NCBI RefSeq assembly: GCF_006345805.1
Contig: NC_043009.1
Location: 63,116,001-63,180,000, forward strand
Direction: 5' to 3'
DNA length: 64,000 nt
Origin: Octopus sinensis
Lineage: Eukaryota
Part shown: positions 12,410 to 25,622 of the stretch, in pieces
Numbering within the stretch: the first letter of the stretch is position 1
How the letters are laid out: each line of letters opens with the position of its first letter
Notes under the pieces: model-generated
The model's database searches: none
What the model was told of the DNA's origin: nothing
The model's input: the letters and a program-made list of their open reading frames with translations, nothing else
Program-made: the position numbers and the translations under genes

Positions 12410-15400
12410 CTAACCAAGACTACAACTCCTTACCGTTGTCTTTACCAATGCATTTCCTGCCGCCAATCTTTACCATTGACTTTAGCAACGTTAATCATCA
12501 CAAATGCTTCTCCCGACGCTAATCTTCACCCTGCCTTCCTCTCGGATAAATTTTTTTTCAAGAGAATGAAAGGATTTCATATAATACAACATGTGGCAAT
12601 AAAAAAGATATTTGGGGAATAACTCGTCCAATTTATGTGAATGCTCTCGGATGTGTGGAAATACACGACTTCTTAAAATGTCTTTTTTTTTTTTTTTAAA
12701 TGTATTCGAATTGTGACCATTCCATCCTTTAAAAGCAATCCATTCGTGACTCCATGTTTTCCAAAGGAGTTCCAAACCTTACCATCCCATCTTTTATTTT
12801 AAATGTTCCAACCGTGACCATTACATCTTAAAAAAAATTTTTTCAACGTTAACCATGACGTTTTTACGTGAAAATCTCCTTTTTGTTGAACTTTTCAAAA
12901 AATGAAAAAAAACTGAAAAAAAAAAAAGCAAATGGACGCATTGAATAATGTGGTCCAGGGTCCATTATTTGACATTTTGAAAAAAATTTAGTGGTCAATT
13001 ATGGATTGCCTCTGGTCATGGGTCTGTTAGATCAGAACTAACTTTGGACTTTTGGACTAAATAACAATGTAAGAACTGGCACCAGATCCGTGTACGGATG
13101 CGTGTGCGCCCGCGCGGACTCTCTTATATATTGAAGAGTGTATGAAAGGCGATCTCTTGAAGTGTGAGTGTCACATTTTCACGGGTCGTACTGGTTAACG
13201 AATAATTCCCTTTTGATTCTACGCTTTATTATCTTATATTCTCCATGTTATAGTGCATCTGAGCACTGTATACAACAATTTCTTCCATATATATATATAT
13301 CAACGATTTTCAATTTCTGTAAGTTTTGTTATGTGCACAAGGGGAATAACTCTTGATAATCTTTGGGGAATTAACTCCATATTAATTTTTTTTTTCTTCG
13401 ATTTGCTTCGGAAACTATTCTCTCATTATTTCAATCATCTGATTGCTTTAGGGCGGCGCGCTGGTAGAATCGTTAGCGGCATTTCGTATCTCTTTACGTT
13501 CTGAGTTTAAATTCCGCCGAGATCAACTTTACCCTCTTGTACTCTTTTGCCCCAACTTTTTCTCACTCTCTCTCTTCCCGTTTCTTGAGTAACTATTTCT
13601 TTATTACCCACAAGGGGCTAAACACAGAGGGTACAAACAAGGACAGACATAGGTATAAAGTCGATTACATCGACCCCAGTGCGTAACTGGTACTTAATTT
13701 TTCGACCCCGAAAGGATGAAAGGCAAAGTCCACCTCGGCGGAAACGCTGAGATGGACTGGCGTCCCGTCCAACTGGGGGAACACATACGCCACAGAAACC
13801 GGGAAACCGGGCCCATGAGCCTGGTTAGGCTTGAAAAGAGCTAAGAAAAAAAAAAGGTTAGTGATGTGAAAGAGCATGGCTCAGTGGTTAGAGTGACGGG
13901 CTCACAATGATGAGGTAGTAAGTTCCTGGATCCGGCTGTATGTTGTGTTCTTGAGCAAGACACTTTATTCTACATTGCATTGCAACTTCACTGGTGCCAA
14001 GCTGTATCGACCTTTGCCTTTTCCTTGGAGGATATCGGTGGTGAGGAGAGGAGAAACTGATATGCATGGGCGACTGCTGGTCTTCCATAAACAACCTTGC
14101 CCGGACTTGTACCTCAGAGGGGAACTTTCTAGATGCAATAACATGGTCATTCATGACCAAAGGAGGTTCTTTTCATCCGAATTGTGGCCGATGCCAGCGC
14201 CGCCTCGACTGGCTTCCATGTCGGTGGCACGTAAAAAGCACCATCCGAATCGTAGCCGAAGCCAGTGCCGCCTTGACTGGCTTCCATAAAATGCACCAAT
14301 CCGACCATGGCCGATGCCAGCCTCGCCTGGCACCAGTGCAGGTAGCACTTAAAAAGCACCCACTACACTCACGGAGTGGTTGGCGTTAGGAAGGGCATCC
14401 AGCTGTAGAAACTTTGCCAGATAAGACCGGAGCCTGGTGCAGCCTTCTGGCTTCCCAGATCCCCGGTCGAACCGTCCAACCCATGCTAGCATGGGAAACG
14501 GACGTTAAACGATGATGATGATGATGATGAATATGTTATAGTCGAATGCCTTGCATTGGGTAAAAAACAAAACAAAAAGAAAATGTCAGTTATGTATTGT
14601 GAGAAGAATACAAGCAAAGAAGATTAGATGATGATGATGATGATGATAGTTCATGGCTTCTAAATCCTTCTTTAGATGTTTAGCTTTAAATCAAGATTAA
14701 TTACAGATAAATACTTGATTTACTTTTAAATCTAAATGTTTATAATTTTTTACTTTCATGTTATTCCCCAAGAAATTCTACTATTACCCAATGTGGGACC
14801 GATTCTTCAAATATCTGTGCTCAGGGTCAGTGGTTCTTTTTATGGTAAGTAAAACTCAGCTTAAATTATATTTCTAATTCTGTTGGTTACTGTGTGAGCA
14901 TGCTTGCATATCTAGCAGGTATCTTGCATTTATGTTTAGGCATTTTAAACCTTAAATAAATTGTATTTTCTGGCATACAAATCGCCATTGTATACAGTAT
15001 AAAAATGTACTCTCTTTACTTGTTTCAGTCATTTGACTGTGGCCATGCTGGAGCACCGCCTTTAGTCGAGCAAATCGACCCCTGGACTTATTCTTTGTAA
15101 GCCTAGTACCTATTCTATCGGTCTCTTTTGCCGAACTGCTAAGTTACGGGGGATGTAAACACACCAGCATCGGTTGTCAAGCGATGCTGGGGGAACAAAT
15201 GCAGACACACAAACATATACACACACATATACATATATACGATGGGCTTCTTTCAGTTTCCATCTACCAAATCCACTCACAAGGCTTTGGTCAGCCTGAG
15301 GCTATAGCAGAAGACACTTGCCCAAGGTGGCACGCACAGGGACTGAACTCAGAACCATGTGGTTCGTAAGCAAGCTACTTACCACACAGCTACTGCTATG

Positions 15401-16776
15401 CTTATAAACATTCAAACCTCATCGTTATCTTTCCAAATTATGCTGCATTTTACATGGTATTTTCAGTCCTTTAAAGTCACCTTGGTGTATATGCTGACCC
15501 ACCTAATCAAGCTGTAAATTTTGGCCAAAAAAATTCAACTTGTATGCAGGAAAATATGGTTTATAGAAATATGGGAATGTATGTATATAACCCAATATAT
15601 ACGAGGGGTTGCTGAAAAATTCCTGGCCCTGGGTAAAAGAAAATACAGGAGGATTAGTTAATTGTGAAAAAATTCAACATATCCCCCTCTCAGATCCACA
15701 CACTTATTGCAATGGTCCTTCAGTTTTCCCAAGTCCTGTAAAAGAACTGAGAAGGTTAGGCCTCCAACCAGGCCTTTCATGATGCCCTTAAAATTGGCAA
15801 CTTTTCAGCACCCCATTGTATATGTCAAATATCTATATCCTGTGGTTATATGCTTCATTGCTTGTATTCATAGTTATCAATCATCTGGAAGCCATTCAGC
15901 GACGTGCAACCAAAAGAATACCCTCCATCAGGCATTTGCCATATTCTGAATGCCTTACTTCCCTGGGCATGGACACATTGAAACTCCGACGTCTGGCAGC
16001 TGACTTGGCAGACACCCATAAAATTATCAACCATCTTACAAACAATAACTCTGAGCACCTTTTCAAACTCCATCCATCTAACACCCGTGGACATATTTAC
16101 AAAGTCAGAAAACAGCACAGCTCCTTCCATGACTTTCGAAAACATTTTTTCTCGCTGAGAGTTGCTGAAGCATGGAACAAACTGCCGGCATCAGTTGTTA
16201 GTTGTCGGAGCACTGCATCCTTTAAAACTTCCATGCTTCCTGAGATTCGCCAAGACTACACCTGATTTTCTCCCCTCCATACACACACAAGCATGTATCT
16301 GACTCATACACTGTTCGCTTCCCAGACATTTGTACATTACTGCATATACTCTGACAAGTTGTGGTGCACCTGAGCACTGTATACAATAATTTCATTATTA
16401 TTTTTTTATCTTTTTGCTGTACGAAGGGGAATACTTACCGTCCAAGATCAAGGTGATACTTTGTTTCCTTTCAGGTGTGTTTGGTCGGAGCCAGCGTCAT
16501 CGGTGTGATTGTGTACCGTGTTATTATGTCAATCGAATACAGTGACGATGTGTCAGAAATAGAGGGCTTCATGATAACCACCATTGCGTCATCCTTCCTC
16601 AACGCTGTTTCCATTCTTCTTCTGGGAACTGTAAGCACTCTTTTGATAATATCACACTCTGAAGGAAATGTTAGAGATACTCTCATAATCATTGAATGAT
16701 CATTGAATAACTATGCAATACTGAAACAGAAATAGCTAATGTAATTAAGCATCATATATGTATATACATATATGTG

Positions 16777-16835
<59 letters not shown>

Positions 16836-17105
16836 TTTGACTGGGCCTGATGAAGCCTTCTGGCTTCACAGACCCCAGTAGAACCGTCCAACCCATGCTA
16901 GCATGGAAAACGGACGCTAAACGATGATGATGATGATGATGATGATATATATATATAGATAGATAGATAAGAAAGTTGGTTTGTGAAAGCACGTGGTTGA
17001 ATATATAGAAAATAGTAAAAGGTGAAAAAACTACAGACATATTGACTTAAATATATATTCTTTAACCTTTTAAAACAAGCCTTCTGTAGTTTTTTCACCT
17101 TTTAC

Positions 17106-17145
<40 letters not shown>

Positions 17146-19483
17146 TTTATTTAAAGCAGCAGAAAATTCAACAAAACCCGTTACTCTGAGTTTCCCCGTT
17201 GCCGTTCATCGGACAGTTTTTTTCTAGCAAAAACTGTCCGATGAACGGCAACGGGGAAACTCAGAGTAACGGGTTTTGTTGAATTTTCTGCTGCTTTAAA
17301 TAAAGCATATTACTCTACCACTGGTATTTGAGTACTCTTTTTTCCACCTTGTTTCACATTTATGTGTTTACTCCGGTATATACATATATATATATATATA
17401 TAAAAGTTCAACTTTCTGATGTTGTAGAAACAAGAGCATTTTGTGAAGCATCAATAATTTTTCAACATCATATAATTCCATTTAAGGAGAATAAATTATT
17501 TAATTTAACTTTAATTTTTAAATGGATTATTCTATTTTTGAAGAATTCACTGAAAATTACTTCAATTTCTTTTCCAGATTTACACAAAGTTGGCCAACAA
17601 ACTCACATGTTGGGGTTCGTATTTTATTCTGTATGATTTCATAATTTTTTAATTGCTTAATTGATAGATTCTTTATTATAATTCCAGGAAGGTTAATTTT
17701 TTACTCATAACTCCATTGTCCAATGTTTATCATGTGGTGGGTGGGGCTAAATTTGATCACATGATCAGTAATGTAATGTTAATCATATGGTGGGTGGAAC
17801 CAAATTTGGCCATGTGATGCATATAGCTCCATTTTGTGATGTTTATCATGTGCTGGGTGGGACTAAATTTGGTCATGTGATGCATATAGATCAATGATGT
17901 AATGTCCCTCATGTGGTGGGTTGGGTCAAATTTGGTCACATGTACAGAGTGCCATCTTTAGGCATGGGGACACGGGGAAGTGGCCCGAGGGCTCCATGGG
18001 CCTAGGGTCCCAATGATAAGCTCTGTAAGCATTGTTTTGCCTGGGGCCCTCAAAGGTTGTTACAATGGCCTTGATGGTACATGTGAATTGGTAGTGTAAT
18101 GTCCACCACATGGTGGGTGGGATTAAATTTAGTCACATGACACATGTAGATTAATAGTGTAAAGTCCATCATATGATGAGTGAGGTAAATTTGGTCACAT
18201 GATAACATGTAGATCAATAGAGTAATATCTATCATGTGGTGGGTGGAGGTAAATTTGATCACATGATCAGTAGTGTAATGCCTATCATGTAGTGTGGGTA
18301 GTGCTACATTTTGTCATCTGGTGTATATATAAATCTATAGTATAATGTCAGTCATGTGGAAGATGGGGCTATATTTTGCCACATGCATCATATTCACCTG
18401 TTACATGTATTGATAGATCTATCTTTACTGAATATGTTACCTTTTAATTCTTCTTTATTTAACACCTCTCTCTTTCTCTCTGTGTTTATCCACACACACA
18501 CACACACACACATATATATACATATATATACACACACATACACACACATCATCATCATCATTGTTCGACCGTGGTTGAGACAATGGAATTTACTATGTTA
18601 CACCAGACTTCACGGTCCATCATGGCATTACAGAGGTGCTGTTCCTGGATGCCTGTATCCCTGGAGATTACATCAGGGTAGGAGAGTGTGCACCCTCTGG
18701 TATTGTGAGTAGATGGCTCGCATACACATACATACATACACACACACACATACATATATATACACACACATACACACATATACATACATACATACATACA
18801 TACATACATGTTATTGATAACACTTAGTAGAAGGTGTGTCCCCCTCACCAAAGGGAATGGAGCTTAGGCCAGGAGGAATTGATGTCATCAGACAGTATCC
18901 AATGGTCATCAGGTGTTTCGACACTGAACTGTAACACCCTCCCATTGTAGGTCAGCAGAGGTGACCAAATCACTGCTCCTCATCCCCTCCTGGATTCCAG
19001 CTTAACTCCTCTCTCTTGCTCTATAATCAGTGAGGGGCTCTTTCTGCTGCCCCTCCCATCTTGTGCACGGCTATTCTTCACTCTTTTACACTCATTCCTA
19101 TATATATATATACATGTCACCAACGGTTCAAGATGTCACCAACGGTTCAAACATGAAATATGTAAACAAATGAGTTAAATATATAAACAATGAGAAAAGA
19201 AAATGGGAGAATGGGACAAGTAAACACAGTGAAAGGACCCTTCATCAGTTGTCCACTGAGTCTATCTACTCCTCATTTCAAGCATTCAGTGACAATGTGA
19301 ATCTTCAAAGACAGTTGCTCCCATAAATTCTAAAATAAAATTTAGGATTTATGAAGGGTCAAAATTGGGAACAAAAACAGGACAGTGGAGACATACAGGG
19401 AAACTGAACGAAAACAAACATGGAGGGTCATTAGACCTGAACAAGAGGAAAATAGTGAATGCTGTGAGAAATAGTTTTTCGAA

Positions 19484-19515
<32 letters not shown>

Positions 19516-22500
19516 ATATATGTATGTATATATATTCAAGGGGGTGGTGAAAAGCTTTTAGCTTTAAGGGTATCACAAAAGACTTGGTTGTAGTCCTAAG
19601 CTTCAGGGTTCTTTTACAGGGCTTAGAAAAACTGAAGGACCACTGCAGTAAGTGTGTGAATCTGAGAGGGGATTATGTTGGATAAAATCATAATCAACTG
19701 ATCCTCCTGTATTTTCTTTTACCCAAAACCAGGAAGTTTTCAGCACCTCATCATATATGGACAAAATACTGAAAGACTTAGAATATATTTGCACTTTAAC
19801 CCTTTAGTGTTTAAACTGGCCACATCCGGCCTAATATATTATACATGTTTTATATTCGAACTGGCGATATCCAGCCTCTCACACCTAACCTACAGTGACA
19901 TTCTAAAAATAAACATTCACATCATTGAAACCTCAAAGCTATAAGATAATGCATGATTAATTCAAAACAATTTGAGTGAAAAAGTATTACATTTAACAGA
20001 ATAATCTGAACACGAAAGGGTTAAATCATCTTAGTTGTGTAATCCATTCAATGCATGTATAATATTAACCCAGATTTGTCAAGAGGCAGGTTTTATACCT
20101 TAATCCCTTGGCTGACACACCTCTGCATTTGTCTTGTCACCAGACCTCCATAATTGTCTTCTTCTGTATTAAACCAATTATTTCCTGCTCAAGCATGGCA
20201 TACTTCTTAAAACAACGAAATGATTTATTAAAAGGCCAAGCAGTATTACTATTCTTTATCTCGTGCAAACTAGTCCCTTTAATAGTATTTAAAACAATAT
20301 TATATTCCCCCCCACGCCACCCCCTGATATATTAGTTCAACAAACACTTGAACTTTATCAATAAATACATTGAAACCAACACGTCTACTTTCAGTTTCAT
20401 ATAATTCAGGTGGCTGACGTGCATTTATAGATATGCAAATGGCCGACTGGATGCACCCTGAGGGCTTTCAGTGGCTGTTATTTTATCATCTTATTATTTT
20501 ATTATTTTACATTAGCTAAAGTGGTGAGCTGGCAGAGTTGTTAGCACACCGGGTGAAATGCGTAGCCGTATTTCGTCTGCCGTTACGTTCTGAGTTCAAA
20601 TTCCGCCAAGGTCAACTTTGCCTTTCATCCTTTCAGGGTCGATAAATTAAGTACCAGTTACGCACTGGGATCGATATAATTGACTTAATCCGTTTGTCTG
20701 TCCTTGTTTGTCCCCTCTGTGTTTAGTCCCTTGTGGGTAGTAAAGAAATAAGCATTTCGTCTGCCGCTACATTCTGAGTTCAAATTCTGCCGAGGTCGAC
20801 TTTGCCTTTCATCCTTTCAGGGTCGATAAATTAAGTATCAGTTATGCACTGGGGTCGATGTAATCGACTTAATCCGTTTGTCTGTCCTTGTTTGTCCCCT
20901 CTGTGTTTAGCCCCTTGTGGGTAGTAAAGAAATAGGTACACATGTCTGTGGAGTACTCAGCCACTTTCACGTTAACTTCACAAGCAGGCTGTTCCATTGA
21001 TTGTGTCCAGTTGGGACACAAAACTCGATCTGCTTTATCAGACAAATTGTCTTACTCCCATCAAACACACAACCTGTTACCCTCCACTCAGGTCTTCTTT
21101 CCTCAAACATTTTGATTATTTTACCTCCACCATGTTTCATTAAACAAACTCTGATTTCATCAGATTATTTCACTAATGTCTTCTCTCTTTCCTTCTCTCC
21201 TTGTAGAAAACCATCGGACCAAGTCCAGTTTCGATGATGCTCTCATCATCAAACTATTCGCTTTCCATTTTGTCAACTCTTACAGTTCATGTTTTTACAT
21301 CGCATTTATTAGAGGGGTAAGTATTTTGGTTACCATGGTAAAATTATCTGTTAACATAGGGATATGACCATCTACTGTTGATACAATATGGCTACTACAG
21401 TCTCTATATTTAAGAGATGAAGAATTATGTACATTGTTTACATTGTTTACATTTGACGGATATTTGTCCTCATCTTGTTTGTTGTTAACACAACATTTCG
21501 GCTGATATACCCTCCAGCCTTCATCAGGTGTCTTGGGGAAATTTCGATTTTTTCGATCTTCTTCTTCTTCTTCTTCTTCCCCCATCCCCCTCCTCATCCT
21601 ATCCTCCTCCTCTTCCTCCTCTTTCTTCTTGCCAGCGTTGCCTTACTGGCACATGTGCCGGTGGCTCGTGATAAAAAAACTTTTGAGCGTGGTCGTAGCC
21701 AGTGCTGCTGGACTGGCCCTCATGCCAGTGGCATGTAAAAAGCACCCACTACACTCTCAGAGTGGTTGGCATTAGGAAGGGCATCCAGCTGTAGAAACTT
21801 TGCCAGACCAGATTGGAACCTGGTGCAGCCTTCTGGCTTGCCAGTCCTCAGTCAAACCAGCCAACCCATGCCAGCATCGAAAGCAGACATTAAACAGTGA
21901 TGATGATGATGATGATAGATGCCCTTCCTAATGCCTACCACGCTACAGAGTGTACCAGGTGCTTTTTACATGGCACTGGTCCAGGTGATTTTTTTTTATG
22001 TGGAACCAGCACAGGTGCATTTATATGACACTAACACAGGTGTGTTTACATGACACTAGTGCAGGTGTTTTTCACATGGCACCAGCACCTGCAGGGTTGC
22101 CAAGTAGCTTGCAGGACAAAGACCCCTTAAATGAGAGCAGGAGCGGAAGCAAAGGAAGTGACTCTCTCCCTCGTTGTTGTAATAAAACTATGTAGGCAAG
22201 ACAACTGTTTGTAAACCCATACTATTCATACTAAACCCATACTGATTCATACTAAAATGGAAAATATAATGTATATTAATAAAGATTAAAAAACACAAAA
22301 TGCAGATCTCGATTGCTGTACTGAATAACTTTCTAAAAAGATCTAAATACAAATATATATATTTATGTAAGTTTGTTAAAGTGTTCTTTCATAATCGGTT
22401 TTGTAATGTTTAGGAAATAACTGCAGAAACAAAGTGTCACTGAGAGGATTAACCAATGAGAAAAATATTTTAGGTCAGACTAACTTTATTTTAAAAGAAA

Positions 22501-24442
22501 AAGTGACAATTACAGAATTAAAGTCGGTGAGAGGAAGCTGTTAGTTAAGAGAATGCCAAAACGTCTGCAAGTAATGTCCACCAAGTTTACGACTGGCTGT
22601 TAAAACATTATCTTTAAATACTGTCAAGTGTTGTTACACGAGTTTATATTGTTGCTGTGAATATATATAATTAAATATTTTAAAGATGTTGGTGGAGGGT
22701 GGGGTGGATATTTAAATTTTTTTTTTCCTCCCTAACATTTCATGGTTTGCTTACCTTTAACAGCAACCAAAATACTAATGTCTAAAAAAAACAAAAAAGC
22801 AAAAAAAAAAAACAAAACAAAACCCCCCCAATATTGTTGTCATTATAGGCGTAGGAGTGGCTGTGTGGCAAGTAGCTTGCTACGAACCACATGGTTCCGG
22901 GTTCAGTCCCACTACGTGGTACCTTGGGCAAGTGTCTTCTACTATAGCCTCGGGCCGACCAAAGCCTTGTGAGTGGATTTGGTAGATGGAAACTGAAAGA
23001 AGCCCATCGCATATATGTATATATATCATCATCATCATCATCATCATTGTTTAACGTCCGTTCTCCATGCTAGCATGGGTTGGACGGTTCGACTGGGGAT
23101 CTGGGAAGCCAGAAGGCTGCACCAGGCTCCAGTCTTATCTGGCAATGTTTCTACAGCTGGATGCCCTTCTCAACGCCAAGCACTCCGTGAGTGTAGTGGG
23201 TGCTTTTTACGTGCCAGGCAAGGCTGGCAAACAGTCACAATCGGATTGGTGCTTTTTACGTGCCACAGGCACAGAAGCCAGTCAAGGCGGCGCTGGCATT
23301 GGCCACATTCGGATGGTGCTTTTTACGTGCCACCGGCATAGAAGCCAGTCAAGGCGGAGCTGGCATTGGCCACATTCGGATGGTGCTTTTTACATGCCAC
23401 CGGCACAGAAGCCAGTCAAGGCAGTGCTGGCATTGGCCACATTCGGATGGTGCTTTTTACGTGCCATATATATATTTAGTATTTTTTATATTTATATATT
23501 TAGTATTTTTTATATTTATATATTTAGTATTTCTAAATTGAATTTTTTCCTTGTAAGTTTGGATTTTACTCCCTCAAATAATAATTATTATATATACATA
23601 TTTATATATACACACTCACCCCCCCCCCCACATATATATGTATATATGATGGGCTTCTCTCAGTTTCCATCTATCAAATCCACTCACAAGGCTTTGATCA
23701 GTCTGAGGCTTTAGTAGAAGACACTTGCCCAAGGTGCTACGCAGTGGGATTGAACCCAGAACCATGTGGTTGGGAAGCAAGCTTCTTACCGCTTCTTACA
23801 GCAAAATCTTATCTGGCCTCGACCAAGGGCCAGATGGACCCTGGTTGTGAACCACAACTTTCGCTAATGTAAGGAACCAATATTACAATGTAACCATTTT
23901 CCCTGTAAGTTTTGGAGTCAGGGGGACCTGCGAGAAATGATGGGCCTAACCCTATTCTCCGACCCCCTCCCCCCGTACACACCAAAGAAAAAAAAGAAAA
24001 TGAAAGGTAAAAAACAACAACATTACCACAGCATGGTGATGGTGGTGGAGGTGTTGGTGGTGGAGGTGTTGGTGGTGGAGGTGTTGTTGGTGGAGGTGTT
24101 GGTGGTGGAGGTGTTGGTGGTGGAGGTGTTGTTGGTGGAGGTGTTGGTGTTGGTAGTGGTGGTTTTGTGATAACAGACCACAAAGTGGTTGTCAGGGACA
24201 TTACACCATGGCAGGTGAGGGTCGGGGATGGAGGGCTTCTGTGATAACAAACCACAAGAGATAAATACAAGTTCTCTATTCAAGATTATTCACTATTATT
24301 CTATTGAATGGCCATCAGTGTTTCTTAATCCATACATCATCAGTTCTTTGACACTTAATTGGAAAATATGTGAAATATATACATGATGTTGTTGTTGTTG
24401 TTGTTCTTCTTCTTCTTGTTATTCTTCTAATTATTATTATTA

Positions 24443-24487
<45 letters not shown>

Positions 24488-24581
24488 GTTTTTATTATTA
24501 TTATTATTATTGTGTTTATTATTATTATTATTATTGTTTTTATTATTGTTACTATTACCATTATTATTATTATTATCATCA

Positions 24582-24613
<32 letters not shown>

Positions 24614-24704
24614 GTTATTATTATTGTTGTTGTTACTATTATCATTATTATTATTGTTATTATTATTATTATTATTATTATCATCATTATTATTATTATT
24701 ATTA

Positions 24705-24735
<31 letters not shown>

Positions 24736-24758
24736 CATCATTATTATTATTATTATCA

Positions 24759-24804
<46 letters not shown>

Positions 24805-24875
24805 TATTATTATTATTATTATTATTACTATTATTACTATTATTATTATTATTATTATTATCAATATTATTATTG

Positions 24876-24909
<34 letters not shown>

Positions 24910-25213
24910 TACCCTTTTAGCCGTTAAGGTTCCTCTTGAAAGAATCAACTGTTTAAGAGAAACGGGGTTAAGGCAGAACTGTAATGGCAAAAAATGAAAG
25001 AGAATTCTTGTTATGTTATTCAGCCTTAAACAAGGGCAGTTCCAGTAGCAGAATGCAAGGCAGTGGTGGTGGTAGTGGTAGTGGTGGTGGTGGTGGTGGT
25101 GGTAGTGATATTGAGAGGGTGATGACGACAATGTTGACAATGACGATAATGATGATAATGATGATGCTGCTGCTGCTGATGATGATGATGATTTGGTGAG
25201 ATGATGAAGATGG

Positions 25214-25244
<31 letters not shown>

Positions 25245-25251
25245 AATGATG

Positions 25252-25304
<53 letters not shown>

Positions 25305-25436
25305 AATGATGATGATAATGATGATGATGATGACGATGGTGATGGTGACGCTGGTGATGATGATGATGATGATGATGACGACGAGAATGTGACAGTAATG
25401 ATGATGATGATGATGATGATGCTGATGATGATGATT

Positions 25437-25474
<38 letters not shown>

Positions 25475-25578
25475 AATGATGGTGACGCTGGTGATGATGA
25501 TGTTGATGAAGTGAGATGATGATGATGATGATGACGACGAGAATGTGACAGTAATGATGATGATGATGGTGATGATGC

Positions 25579-25622
<44 letters not shown>

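Noticed and set aside
12410-13140. Possible Helitron-like element between (CA)n and CTCTTATATATTGAAGAG
   Set aside because: No 3' hairpin plus CTRR terminus and no second copy in the window; cannot be supported.
14542-14559. 18-nt phase-0 candidate micro-exon (SNALHW) that would fill the short TM2-TM3 linker
   Set aside because: The acceptor lacks a pyrimidine tract (preceded by (GAT)n) and the peptide does not resemble the expected DP(V/I)TG motif.
16847-16875. CTGATGA followed by a small stem
   Set aside because: No GAAA or stem III follows; it is a mutated part of a family E SINE.
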